Positions 10,391 to 20,576 are shown, counted from the first letter of the stretch. The stretch: DNA of 64,000 bases from Bacteroidales bacterium (GCA_016286775.1 JAEEUA010000001.1:105-64104); one strand, 5' to 3'. The notes: generated by a model not told the origin, from the letters alone. Numbers and translations: made by a program.

Positions 10391-11467
10391 ATGCATATAA
10401 TTGTTTCGGGTGATTATTGCGACAATTCTCGTGTCGATGAGTTTATATCAAGGAGTAATTATGATATTTTGTTTCAGCATGTTAAAGCTTTTCTTCACAA
10501 TGCAGATTTCAGGATTGTTAATTTTGAATTCCCTATAGTCTTAAATGGTAGTTCGCCAATAAAAAAAGCGGGACCTTCGCTTAAAGGGCAGCAGAAAGCG
10601 GTTGATGCCATAAAATCGGCTGGTTTTAATGTTTGTACATTGGCCAACAACCACATTCTTGACCAAGGCGAAAAATGCTGCATTGAGACAAAGCAACTTA
10701 TTGAGGCAGCTGGATTATCAACTGTTGGTGTCGGAAAGAATATTGAAGAGGCCTCGCATACATTATTATTAGAATGTTCAGGAGAAACTATCGCTGTCAT
10801 TAATTGTTGCGAGCATGAATTTTCAATTGCTACGGAGAAATCAGCCGGAGCAAATCCTCTCAATCCCATTCAACAGTATTATAAGATACAAGAGGCTCGA
10901 TCGAATGCTGATTATGTATTAGTAATTGTCCATGGTGGTCATGAAATGTGCCAGTATCCGTCTCCTCGTATGAAGGAGACTTATCGTTTTTTTGTTGATT
11001 CTGGTGCTGATGCTGTTGTGAACCATCATCAGCATTGTTATAGTGGTTATGAAGTTTATCATGGTAAACCTATTTTCTATGGGTTAGGGAATTTCTTATT
11101 TGACTGGGAGGGTAAAAGAAATGGACTATGGAATGAGGGTTATATGGTGAGCCTTGATTTTGTAAAAGGTCAAATGATTAATTTTCGATTGTTTCCTTAT
11201 ACACAGTGTAATGACGAGCCTGGAGTTAAGCTAATGCAAGGTAATGCTTTCGATGTTTTTGGAAAGCGTATTCAGGAGATTAATGAAATAATCGCTGATA
11301 ACCGACGTCTTAAAAATTCTTGGGAATCCTGGATAAAAAATAATAGTAAATATATTACTATGGATTATCAACCTTATCGGTCGAGACTCACCCAAGGATT
11401 GTTTGTGAGGGGGTTGCTTCCATCTTTTATTTCTAAAAAAAGAAATATAGTATTATTGATCATATAG
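10391..11467 (+). CDS. CapA-family (PGA_cap, metallophosphatase-fold) protein, paralog 1; the 3' end appears frameshifted
   Basis: Motifs NFEFPI, LANNHILD, VIVHGGHE and NHHQHCYSGYE. Strongly similar to the 12440..13570 product. The conserved tail continues in another frame after an A7 run (see findings). Confidence 0.7.
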   Translation: MHIIVSGDYCDNSRVDEFISRSNYDILFQHVKAFLHNADFRIVNFEFPIVLNGSSPIKKAGPSLKGQQKAVDAIKSAGFNVCTLANNHILDQGEKCCIETKQLIEAAGLSTVGVGKNIEEASHTLLLECSGETIAVINCCEHEFSIATEKSAGANPLNPIQQYYKIQEARSNADYVLVIVHGGHEMCQYPSPRMKETYRFFVDSGADAVVNHHQHCYSGYEVYHGKPIFYGLGNFLFDWEGKRNGLWNEGYMVSLDFVKGQMINFRLFPYTQCNDEPGVKLMQGNAFDVFGKRIQEINEIIADNRRLKNSWESWIKNNSKYITMDYQPYRSRLTQGLFVRGLLPSFISKKRNIVLLII

Positions 11468-11526
11468 AATGTGAGTCTCACCTTGACAGATTAAGATTCA
11501 TGATTCGTAATTTAAAAGATTAAAAT

Positions 11527-12447
11527 ATGAGAATTGATATTTTGAAAAGTAAAATTATTACAATTTACAAATCGCCTTTCATTGTTGTACAAAAAGTTTG
11601 GCGTTTTTTTGAACCTTTAGTTTCAGATGAGTTTTTTTTATTTGTCGCATTTCGACTGAGGGTGGGATATTGGCCAGATTTTAAACATCCAAGGTCTTAT
11701 AATGAAAAATTACAGTGGCTGAAACTTTACGACAAGCATCCTGAATACACTCAGATGGTTGACAAGGTAGCTGCTAAAGATTATGTGGCTGGTATTGTTG
11801 GTGAAAATTATATAATACCTACGATTGGAGTCTGGAACTCAGTCGAAGATATAGAATGGGAAAAGCTCCCTAATCAGTTTGTTTTGAAAGCATCGCATGA
11901 TAGTGGAGGTGTTGTGGTATGTAAAGATAAGACCAAACTCGATATTGATTTAGCAAAATATAAACTGCGAGGAGCAGGTAAAAAAGATTATACTAAATAT
12001 ACAAAAGAGTATCCATATTATGATGTTCCGCATCGTTTTATTGCTGAGCAATATATGGAGGATGAGAGTGGCTTCGAACTGAAGGATTATAAGTTTTTCT
12101 GCTTTGATGGAGAACCCAAATTCTTATTTGTTGCTACAGGCAGACAACAGCATGATACCCGCTTCGATTTTTATGATCTTGAATTCAACCACCTCCCAGT
12201 GTTAAATGGCCATCCAAATGCTGATATTTGGCCAACAAAGCCGCTAAAATTTAACGAAATGCTGGATGTCGCTGCCAAATTGTCGAAAGGAATTCCTCAT
12301 GTTAGAGTTGATTTATATAATATAAATGGAAAGATTTACTTCGGAGAATTGACATTCTTTCATTGGAGCGGAATGACTCCATTTGAACCAAGGGAATGGG
12401 ATTATAAGTTCGGTGATTATTTAAATCTGCCAAGAAACAATGATTAA
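11527..12447 (+). CDS. TupA-like ATP-grasp protein, paralog 1
   Basis: Motifs YNEKLQWLKLYD, FVLKASHDSGGVVVC, KDYKFFCFDGEPKFLFV and GKIYFGELTF match the ATPgrasp_TupA (teichuronopeptide-type) pattern. Confidence 0.65.
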   Translation: MRIDILKSKIITIYKSPFIVVQKVWRFFEPLVSDEFFLFVAFRLRVGYWPDFKHPRSYNEKLQWLKLYDKHPEYTQMVDKVAAKDYVAGIVGENYIIPTIGVWNSVEDIEWEKLPNQFVLKASHDSGGVVVCKDKTKLDIDLAKYKLRGAGKKDYTKYTKEYPYYDVPHRFIAEQYMEDESGFELKDYKFFCFDGEPKFLFVATGRQQHDTRFDFYDLEFNHLPVLNGHPNADIWPTKPLKFNEMLDVAAKLSKGIPHVRVDLYNINGKIYFGELTFFHWSGMTPFEPREWDYKFGDYLNLPRNND

Positions 12448-13570
12448 AATATTGATAGCTGGAGATTATGCTCCAAAGGATAGAATTCAGAGCCTTTTAG
12501 ATAAGGGTAATTATTCTTTTTTTGATAAAGTTCGCCAGATAACATCTGCTTATGATTTCTCAATTTTAAATTTGGAGGCTCCAATTGTAGAAAACACTCA
12601 GTCGAGTATCATAAAAAGTGGTCCTGCTTTAAAAACTACTCCTAATGTTGTTGATTCTATAAAATATTCAGGTTTCGATTGTGTCACATTAGCTAATAAT
12701 CATTTTAGAGATTATGGTGATGTCGGAGTAAATACTACATTAAGGATATTAAAAGAAACTGGTATTAAAAGCTTTGGGGGAGGATCGACTCTTGCTGAAT
12801 CTCAGAAAAACCTGATTATTGAGATAGGCGATAAAAAGGTTGGTTTTATCAATGTTTGTGAACATGAGTTTTCTATCGCAACTAAAAATCGAGGAGGCTC
12901 AGCTCCTTTGGACATTATAGATGTTTCGCTACGTATCAAACAGCTTAATAATCTTGTAGACTTTATAATTGTAATAGTCCATGGTGGGCATGAATATTAT
13001 CAGCTTCCTAGCTCAAGAATGAAAAAGACATACAGATTCTTTGTCGATGAGGGGGCTGATGTTGTAATTAATCATCATCAGCACTGTTATTCAGGTTATG
13101 AAGTGTATCGTGGTAAACCTATTTTCTATGGTTTAGGTAATTTCTGTTTTGATTGGAATAACAAGAGAAACTCAACATGGAATCAAGGTTTTATGGTTGG
13201 ACTTGTTTTAAGTGAAGAGATATCATTTGAACTGTATCCCTATGAGCAATGCGATAAAACACCAAGCATAAATTTGCTTACTGATCATAACAAACAAGAA
13301 TTTTTAAAGACTGTATTTAGTCTTAATTCTATAATAACAAACGATGAGATTTTAGAGAAGGAATTCGATAAGTTCTGTTCCTCTAAAAAACATTCAATTA
13401 AAAGTACGTTTTCTCCTCTCCAAGGAAGATTTATGCGAGGTTTAGCTAAATACAAGCTTATGCCATATTTTTTACCCACATCTAAGATTCTAAGTATTTT
13501 GAATCATGTCCAATGTGAGTCCCATCGAGATTTGGTTTGTAATGTACTAAAAAGAGGAATTGAAAAATGA
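12440..13570 (+). CDS. CapA-family (PGA_cap) protein, paralog 2 (full length)
   Basis: Same motif set as paralog 1 (NLEAPI, LANNHFRD, VIVHGGHE, NHHQHCYSGYE). It overlaps the upstream gene by 8 nt. Confidence 0.7.
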   Translation: MIKILIAGDYAPKDRIQSLLDKGNYSFFDKVRQITSAYDFSILNLEAPIVENTQSSIIKSGPALKTTPNVVDSIKYSGFDCVTLANNHFRDYGDVGVNTTLRILKETGIKSFGGGSTLAESQKNLIIEIGDKKVGFINVCEHEFSIATKNRGGSAPLDIIDVSLRIKQLNNLVDFIIVIVHGGHEYYQLPSSRMKKTYRFFVDEGADVVINHHQHCYSGYEVYRGKPIFYGLGNFCFDWNNKRNSTWNQGFMVGLVLSEEISFELYPYEQCDKTPSINLLTDHNKQEFLKTVFSLNSIITNDEILEKEFDKFCSSKKHSIKSTFSPLQGRFMRGLAKYKLMPYFLPTSKILSILNHVQCESHRDLVCNVLKRGIEK

Positions 13571-14649
13571 AAATAACAATTTTTACGGGTAGCTTATCTG
13601 GAGGCGGAGCCGAACGTGTCGCTTGTAATTTGGCTACATTCCTCTATAATCATGGTAATGAGGTTGAATTCCTAACTTTTGGCAATGATGAGAACTCATA
13701 TTATTATGATCCTCATATTAAAAGAATTAATCTATTAGAAGATTCAGAAAGAGGTAATGCTTTTAAGGAGTCGTTTATAAGAATTGTGAGATTTGTTAAA
13801 TATCTAGTTTTAAAAAAACAAGATGTCTATATTGTTACTTTGCCTGTAACTATAATCATGTTGTTATCATTTAGTTTTTTAACCAAATCTAAAATTATTG
13901 CTTCAGAAAGATGCGATCCACAGAAGCTACCCTCTAAGCAGCAAAAGGGTCTTAAATTTTTTTGTAAGAATGCTGATGGATGGATATTTCAGACTCCTGA
14001 GGTGATGAATTGGTATTTACCTAGCCTCGGTTCCACTAAACGAATTGTAATTCCTAATGCTATTAACCCCTCATTCCTTGAGAATCAACTGGATCAACAA
14101 AAGGAAAAAGTAATTATTACATCGGGACGTCTAAAAAAACAGAAGAATCATAAATTACTGATTGATTCCTTTGCATTGATAGCTTCGAAATTTATCGATT
14201 ATAAATTATTGATATTAGGAGAAGGTGGATTAAGGAATAGTTTGGAATCTCTAATAGAAGAATACCGGCTTAATGATCGTGTGACACTATTGGGGTATGT
14301 TGATAATGTCAAAGAACGATTAAGCCGTGCTTCTGTTTTCGTTTTGTCATCTTTATATGAAGGTATGCCCAATGCGTTAATTGAGGCCATGGCCCTTGGT
14401 TTACCTTGTATTTCTACTGATTGTGATGGTGGAGGAGCTCGTTATTTGATAAATGACGGAGAGAATGGCTTGCTTGTTCCCAATAATGATGTGAATGCAC
14501 TGGCTAATGCAATAGATAAGATTCTATCTAATGAAGAATTTGCTCAGAAACTCGGAAGAAATGCAGAAAAGGTGAAAGAAGACCTTCATCCTGATAAAAT
14601 CTACGGCTGTTGGCTTCAATTTATAGAAGATATAGTTCAAACAAAATGA
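13567..14649 (+). CDS. Glycosyltransferase family 4 (GT-B)
   Basis: N-terminal GGAERV, C-terminal EGMPNALIEAMALGLPCISTDCDGG (E-x7-E motif). Confidence 0.85.
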   Translation: MKITIFTGSLSGGGAERVACNLATFLYNHGNEVEFLTFGNDENSYYYDPHIKRINLLEDSERGNAFKESFIRIVRFVKYLVLKKQDVYIVTLPVTIIMLLSFSFLTKSKIIASERCDPQKLPSKQQKGLKFFCKNADGWIFQTPEVMNWYLPSLGSTKRIVIPNAINPSFLENQLDQQKEKVIITSGRLKKQKNHKLLIDSFALIASKFIDYKLLILGEGGLRNSLESLIEEYRLNDRVTLLGYVDNVKERLSRASVFVLSSLYEGMPNALIEAMALGLPCISTDCDGGGARYLINDGENGLLVPNNDVNALANAIDKILSNEEFAQKLGRNAEKVKEDLHPDKIYGCWLQFIEDIVQTK

Positions 14650-14698
14650 ATCCAATATTTCTTTATTGGAATAAATCGAAAAGATAATCACAATACTT

Positions 14699-15751
14699 AT
14701 GTCAAAAATCGCATTCGTAACAGATACGATGCATCCAGGTGGTTCTGAACGAGTCATTTCTGTATTGGCTAATGAGATGACTCGTCGAGGCCTATATATT
14801 GAGATCATTTGTCTTAGAGGGAAAGAGAGTTTTTATACTTTGGAAAGAAGAGTAAAAACAATCTTTATGGAGCAAGTCTTGAAACAACAATCGATGTATA
14901 ATAAGGTGAGATTCCTAAGGACTTATGTTAAGGAGGAGAATATTGATATTGTTATCCCATTTATGACACCAGTCTTCTGTTTTACTTTATTCTCTCTTTT
15001 AGGAGCTGGTAAAACGATTATTTGTTCGGAAAGAATTGATCCAACCAAAACATCGAAAGTTCGGAAATTGCTTCGAGCTATTCTTCTGCCAACAACTTCC
15101 TATCTTGTTGTTCAGACAGAGCAAATCAAGAAATATTATTCTAATAGTATCCAAAAGAGATGTTCTGTTATCTATAATCCTGTTTCTGATTCTTTTTTTG
15201 AGGAAAAACAAATTGTGCCCAAGAACAGATTCATGAGTGTTGGTCGATTGGCCCCCCAGAAGAATCAACGGATGCTCATAGATGCTTTCAGCCATGTTCA
15301 TCAGAAGTATCCTGACTATTCTCTCTCTATTTTCGGAGACGGTCCACTCAAAGAAGAACTGCAATCATATATTGATTCAAAGGGACTACAAGATGTTGTT
15401 AGACTAGAAGGAACATCTTCTGATATCAGCAAGGAATTGCACTCTTCGTTTGCTTTTTGTTTGACGAGTGATTTTGAGGGTATGAGTAATGCAATGATAG
15501 AAGCACTTTGTTCAGGTATTCCTTTGATTTCTACGAATGTTTCAGGTGCGGCTGAATTGCTTGGCAATAATGAGGGTGGTATGATAGTTCCCATTCGTGA
15601 TACGGATGCATTTGCATCTGCTATGCTGAAACTGATAGAGTCCCCTTCATTGGTTGAGAGAATGAGAAACTACAACTTGAAGAAACGTGAAGAGTTCCGT
15701 ACAAGCCAGATAGTAGATAAATGGATTGAAATTATAAATAGTTTTTCATAA
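14699..15751 (+). CDS. Glycosyltransferase family 4 (GT-B)
   Basis: N-terminal GGSERV, then EGMSNAMIEALCSGIPLISTNVSG (E-x7-E). Confidence 0.85.
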   Translation: MSKIAFVTDTMHPGGSERVISVLANEMTRRGLYIEIICLRGKESFYTLERRVKTIFMEQVLKQQSMYNKVRFLRTYVKEENIDIVIPFMTPVFCFTLFSLLGAGKTIICSERIDPTKTSKVRKLLRAILLPTTSYLVVQTEQIKKYYSNSIQKRCSVIYNPVSDSFFEEKQIVPKNRFMSVGRLAPQKNQRMLIDAFSHVHQKYPDYSLSIFGDGPLKEELQSYIDSKGLQDVVRLEGTSSDISKELHSSFAFCLTSDFEGMSNAMIEALCSGIPLISTNVSGAAELLGNNEGGMIVPIRDTDAFASAMLKLIESPSLVERMRNYNLKKREEFRTSQIVDKWIEIINSFS

Positions 15752-16636
15752 ATGAAAGAAAGCAATAAAAAGATAGTAAGTACTATACTAAAATGTCTGT
15801 CTTTTTTGCCAGACAGTATTGTACTGTCGTTAGAATACTTTTATAAGCTCCATCGTTTCCCGAATTTGAGGAATCCACAGCGCTTTTCTGAATGGATGCA
15901 GTGGTATAAGATGAATTACCGGAATGAGGTGATGTTCGAGTGCGTTGACAAATATGCTGTTCGAAACTATGTGAAAAGGATGGGATGTGAGAAGTACTTG
16001 AACACCTTGTATCAGGTATGTAATGATGCCAAAGAAATTGACTTCGATAAGCTTCCCAAGCAGTTCGTCATAAAAACTACGGATGGCGGCAACGGGGAAA
16101 ATGTATTTGTCTGTGCGGATAAAAACACTTTAGATATACCCTCCACAATTAGTAAAGTGAACAGCTGGCGCCATAAAAAGATGGAAGATGTTGGTCGCGA
16201 ATGGGCTTATTCTGGATGTGCTGATTCGCGTATCATTGTAGAAAAATACCTATCTGACCCTGAAAGCAAAGATGGGTCAATAGATGATTACAAATTGCTT
16301 TGTTTCAATGGTAAGTTCCGATATCTGTGGGTTGATAAAAACCGCTATTCCAATCATAGACGAGGTTTCTGGGACGAAAAACTAAAATTCAGACCAGAAG
16401 TAGTTAGTGACCATCCCACTTTTGAAGTTCCACCAGCCCTTCCAGCCAATACACAGGAGATGATAGAGGTTGCGGAAAAGCTTGCAGCAGATTTCCCTTT
16501 TGCTCGTATCGATTTTTATGATATTGAGGGGAAGATTTATTTCGGGGAGATTACATTTTACCCGTGGAGCGGCTATTGCCAATATACTCCTGACAGTTTC
16601 GATTTTGAAATGGGCAGTTATTTCAAGAATACATAA
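15752..16636 (+). CDS. TupA-like ATP-grasp protein, paralog 2
   Basis: Motifs FSEWMQWYKM, FVIKTTDGGNGENVFVC, DDYKLLCFNGKFRYLWV and GKIYFGEITFYPWSG. Diverged from paralog 1. Confidence 0.65.
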   Translation: MKESNKKIVSTILKCLSFLPDSIVLSLEYFYKLHRFPNLRNPQRFSEWMQWYKMNYRNEVMFECVDKYAVRNYVKRMGCEKYLNTLYQVCNDAKEIDFDKLPKQFVIKTTDGGNGENVFVCADKNTLDIPSTISKVNSWRHKKMEDVGREWAYSGCADSRIIVEKYLSDPESKDGSIDDYKLLCFNGKFRYLWVDKNRYSNHRRGFWDEKLKFRPEVVSDHPTFEVPPALPANTQEMIEVAEKLAADFPFARIDFYDIEGKIYFGEITFYPWSGYCQYTPDSFDFEMGSYFKNT

Positions 16637-16638
16637 TC

Positions 16639-17466
16639 ATGACAATCTCAGTTCTGATGTCTGTTTATAAGAACGAACAGGCTAAATTTTTGGATAGAGC
16701 CCTTCAAAGTGTATGGGATGATCAGACGTTGAAACCTGATCAGATCGTCTTGATTGAGGATGGACCCTTGGGTTCAGACTTGCGTTCAGTTATTGATTCC
16801 TGGCAAGCCAAATTAGGTAGTGTCCTTTGTTTGCTGAAGAATGAGGTCAATATAGGATTGACTAAATCCTTGAATAAGGGCATCAAATACATCAAATCGG
16901 AATTGATTGCTCGTATGGATAGCGATGATATCTCTGCTCCCGATAGATTCAAACTTCAACATGATTACTTCGTCGAGCATCCAGAGGTTCATATCATAGG
17001 AGGATCTCTTCAGGAATTCGATGAAAATAATGATTGTTTGAATATACGACATTATCCATTGTGTCCTAATGCTGCTAGAGCATACATACAGAAAGCTTCC
17101 CCCCTAGCTCATCCCACAGTGATGATGCGTAAAAAGATATTTGATGAAGGGTTGCTATACAATGAAAAGTATCGTACTAGCCAAGATATAGCTCTCTGGT
17201 TCGATGCCCTTCTTGCAGGGTTTAATATCAGTAATGTGCCACAGGTGACCATTTTTTTCAGGAGAGATGGGGATGTTTTCAAGAGGAGAGGAAGAGAAAA
17301 GGCGTGGAATGAGTTTAAGATCTATATGAATGGAGTATATAAGCTCTTTGGTCCAATTACTCCCAAATATATCTTCCCCATTAGTCGTTTCGTATTTCGA
17401 TTGATGCCTTCATCAGTTATTAAGTATATCTATGGCAGCAAAGCTCGTAAGAAACTATTGAAATAG
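16639..17466 (+). CDS. Glycosyltransferase family 2
   Basis: ISVLMSVYKNE start and ARMDSDDIS (DxD) motif. Confidence 0.85.
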   Translation: MTISVLMSVYKNEQAKFLDRALQSVWDDQTLKPDQIVLIEDGPLGSDLRSVIDSWQAKLGSVLCLLKNEVNIGLTKSLNKGIKYIKSELIARMDSDDISAPDRFKLQHDYFVEHPEVHIIGGSLQEFDENNDCLNIRHYPLCPNAARAYIQKASPLAHPTVMMRKKIFDEGLLYNEKYRTSQDIALWFDALLAGFNISNVPQVTIFFRRDGDVFKRRGREKAWNEFKIYMNGVYKLFGPITPKYIFPISRFVFRLMPSSVIKYIYGSKARKKLLK

Positions 17467-17467
17467 T

Positions 17468-18625
17468 ATGGAGATTGTTCAGGAACAACTTCTTGGATTG
17501 GCTTATCTCGCTATCCATCCTAAAAATCCGGTTCCCAAGGCATTAGAAAAGAGTATAGATTGGTGTGCTCTTTTGGAGGAGGCAAAGAAGCAATCCCTGA
17601 TTGGGGTTGCTTTTGTTGGTTTTAAGGTATGGAGTGCTTCGAATTCGGTTAATTCACCGGATGCGGCAATTGACAAACGCCTGCTGACGCAATGGTATGG
17701 GTATTGTGAGAAGATACGGGAAGATAATCTCCTGCTGAATAGACGGACTGCTCAAATTTGCAAGAACTTCGCGAAGGATGGTTTTCGGACTTCGGTAATG
17801 AAAGGGCCTGGGAATGCACGTCTTTATGGTCGGGAGCTATCCCTGCTTCGTGCTTCTGGAGATATCGACGTCTGGGTGGAAGGTGGCTTTGAGCGTGTGA
17901 ACAACTATGTGCAGCAGATGGCTCCTACGAAGCACGTCAGCGAAAAGGACATGGAATTCAGAGTTTTTTCTGATACTGAGGTTGAAGTGCATTATCGTCC
18001 CTATATCATGCGGAATCCTTTCCGCAACATGCGACTTCAACAGTTCTTTGAAACCCAGACTGAGGCTTGCTTTACGAACAAGGTGCAGCTATTGGCCTCC
18101 GACAAGAATGGTGGAGAACTGCAGATGGATGCCTATGTCTCAACAACGTCCTTCAACCTCGTTCATCAGCTGGCACACATCCAACGTCACTTGTTCGCAG
18201 TGGGTATGGGGCTGAGGCATGTGATGGATTATTATTTCCAGCTGGTTCATGCCGAGGCGACCTTGAGCCGGGAAGAGAAGGAAGAGGTCATTGGCGTCGT
18301 AAAATCCACCGGGCTCGAGAGATTGGCCTGTGCCCTTACATGGATTCTATCAGCATGCTTCGGCTTGCCGAAATCCTGTGAATTGTGGGAACCGAACAAG
18401 AATGATGGTGAGTTCCTGCTTGAAGACATTTTGAAGACTGGCAATTTTGGACAAGGAGATGAGCACCTGCGTGCGGGGATTCGTTCAGGAGGCATCAAGT
18501 CATTGTTTGATGTGCTGAGGCATAATTGGGCGATGACGAGATTCGACCGAACAGATTGGTTCTGGGGACCGATGTATCGGGTATATTATTTCTGCTGGCG
18601 CAAGCGAAAGGGATTTCAGGTATAA
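17468..18625 (+). CDS. Uncharacterised nucleotidyltransferase-family protein (NTP_transf_5-like)
   Basis: VMKGPGNARLYG...SGDIDVWVEG resembles the K-G-x-ALA...GDIDLLV core of that family. It is visibly more GC-rich than its neighbours. Confidence 0.5.
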   Translation: MEIVQEQLLGLAYLAIHPKNPVPKALEKSIDWCALLEEAKKQSLIGVAFVGFKVWSASNSVNSPDAAIDKRLLTQWYGYCEKIREDNLLLNRRTAQICKNFAKDGFRTSVMKGPGNARLYGRELSLLRASGDIDVWVEGGFERVNNYVQQMAPTKHVSEKDMEFRVFSDTEVEVHYRPYIMRNPFRNMRLQQFFETQTEACFTNKVQLLASDKNGGELQMDAYVSTTSFNLVHQLAHIQRHLFAVGMGLRHVMDYYFQLVHAEATLSREEKEEVIGVVKSTGLERLACALTWILSACFGLPKSCELWEPNKNDGEFLLEDILKTGNFGQGDEHLRAGIRSGGIKSLFDVLRHNWAMTRFDRTDWFWGPMYRVYYFCWRKRKGFQV

Positions 18626-18661
18626 CACGGCTCGATCGACGGATTGATTCGATTAATCAGG

Positions 18662-19651
18662 ATGAATATCAAGCGAATCAGGTTGCGATTTCAGCAGTTC
18701 GGTGGCTTCCGTTTAGTGAGGGAGTATGCCCGGTTAGGGGTACTGACTGCAATCGGGACAGAGTTTGTACGTATTTTGGTGGCGCGGAAACCTCCTAAGC
18801 TTATCAATTCCGTTATCTCTCAAAAACTGGAGCCTTTCCTGCAGGATAAGTATATGCCGGTTCTGCTTGAACGTAAAGCATACTACGAAGGCCTGACGTT
18901 TGAACATAAGCGCAGCCAATTTGTCTGGTTCTGCTGGTTGCAGGGAATTGAACAGGCTCCGCCAATTGTTAGGGCTTGTCTTGCTTCGTTGAAACAGAAT
19001 CTGAAAGATCGAGAAATCATCATTGTCACTGAGAAGAATTGGAGAGAATATATTGATCTGCCAGAGCATATTATCAACAGATGGGAGAAGAAGCAGATTC
19101 CACCAGCACTTTTCACGGATTTACTGCGTCTGCAACTGCTCATACGGCATGGCGGTACGTGGATAGATTCTACAGTCTTATGTACAGGCACGGCGCATGC
19201 GAAGGAATTGCTCGATGCGGATCTTTTCCTGTTCCAATACAGGTCGCCAGAGAGTTCACCAGCTTCCTTTGAAGGCATATCCAATTGGTTTATCACATCG
19301 TGCACCAACAATCCGGTTCTGCTTGTATTGAGGGATCTGCTCTATGCCTATTGGAGGGATTATGATTGTACCTTGTACTATTTCATCTTCCACCTTTTCT
19401 TTTCAATGCTGGCGAAAGAGTATCCCGAGACAATTGCCGAGATGCCGTATGGCTATAGTGTGTGGAGCCTGACGTTGGAGAATCATTGGTGGGAACCATT
19501 CAATAAAATAAAGTGGGACAAATTAACCGGTTTGGTTAATTTCCATAAGCTTTATTATCGGATCGGCACTACAATTGAGAAGAATAAAGGTAATTATTAT
19601 CATTGGATTTTGGAGGAGTATAAGAAAAAAGATGAAATTAACAGCCATTAA
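18662..19651 (+). CDS. Capsular polysaccharide synthesis protein (Caps_synth / GT32-like)
   Basis: VWFCWLQGIEQAPPIVRACLASLKQN...IIIVTEKNWREYIDLPEHI...FTDLLRLQLLIRHGGTWIDSTV matches the family pattern. ATG 18662 is chosen because the track start at 18644 is TTG. Confidence 0.6.
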   Translation: MNIKRIRLRFQQFGGFRLVREYARLGVLTAIGTEFVRILVARKPPKLINSVISQKLEPFLQDKYMPVLLERKAYYEGLTFEHKRSQFVWFCWLQGIEQAPPIVRACLASLKQNLKDREIIIVTEKNWREYIDLPEHIINRWEKKQIPPALFTDLLRLQLLIRHGGTWIDSTVLCTGTAHAKELLDADLFLFQYRSPESSPASFEGISNWFITSCTNNPVLLVLRDLLYAYWRDYDCTLYYFIFHLFFSMLAKEYPETIAEMPYGYSVWSLTLENHWWEPFNKIKWDKLTGLVNFHKLYYRIGTTIEKNKGNYYHWILEEYKKKDEINSH

Positions 19652-20576
19652 ATGGATATTTCTTTTTGCAGCAATATTTGTGTTAATGCACATTAATAAT
19701 CGTTTTGAGATTTTTGCTCTAAATTGCAATAGAGCAAACGATTTTTTTAATGGTTCCTTCCGAATAATGACATATAATGTCAATGCGCCTTTAGGTAATG
19801 AAGATATAGAAAAGGTCAGGGGGGCATTAATTGAAGAGATTGAAGAACAGAAACCAGATATCTTGTGTATTCAAGAATTGTCGTCTATGATTTTTAAAAA
19901 TATTCAATTACCGTTGGATAGTGCTTTTGGATATACTGACAGTTTGGCGATAAAGAATCAACCGTTACGTTATAGAATATATTCAAAATATCCGATACGA
20001 AATTTCCAACGCCATAAATGTGTGATTGAGATTGACACTGTTGGATTAGATTCTTTGAAGAAAGAAATCAAACAGCTACAAAAGGCTATGCAAGTCTATT
20101 CGGCGGAAATTGAAGTAATGCCTGACAAATGGATTACAGTTTTCGCTTGCCATCTTCGTTCCAGCGCTTATACTACAGCCCGCAGATCGATGGATGAAGA
20201 TACATCATGGTTGGATGGATTACCATTGTATTTCGAGAATTATAAGATAGGTGAGAAGATTCGAAATTGGGAGGCTGATAACATTCGTTTATTCCTAAAA
20301 GTTTTAGAAGCTAATGATACACCTGTCATTATTGCAGGAGACTTTAATGATTGGAGTGGTAGCTATTGTATGAATACCATTAGAGATGGGAAATACAAGG
20401 ATTCATGGTGGGAGGGTGGCTTAGGTTTTGGCATCACCTATGATGGATGGCATCTGAAGTTGAGACTGGACCATATCCTTTACAGTCATCATTTCAAGCT
20501 GGAGAATGTATATGTCGAGAAGTCGAAGTTCTCGGACCATCGGCCGTTGGTAGCTGATTTCACTCTTCTTCCTTGA
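19632..20576 (+). CDS. Endonuclease/exonuclease/phosphatase (EEP) family protein with an N-terminal membrane anchor
   Basis: Motifs MTYNV, ILCIQEL, IIAGDFNDW and SDHRPLVADF. The start at MKLTAIKWIFLFAAIFVL gives a signal/anchor. Confidence 0.7.
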   Translation: MKLTAIKWIFLFAAIFVLMHINNRFEIFALNCNRANDFFNGSFRIMTYNVNAPLGNEDIEKVRGALIEEIEEQKPDILCIQELSSMIFKNIQLPLDSAFGYTDSLAIKNQPLRYRIYSKYPIRNFQRHKCVIEIDTVGLDSLKKEIKQLQKAMQVYSAEIEVMPDKWITVFACHLRSSAYTTARRSMDEDTSWLDGLPLYFENYKIGEKIRNWEADNIRLFLKVLEANDTPVIIAGDFNDWSGSYCMNTIRDGKYKDSWWEGGLGFGITYDGWHLKLRLDHILYSHHFKLENVYVEKSKFSDHRPLVADFTLLP

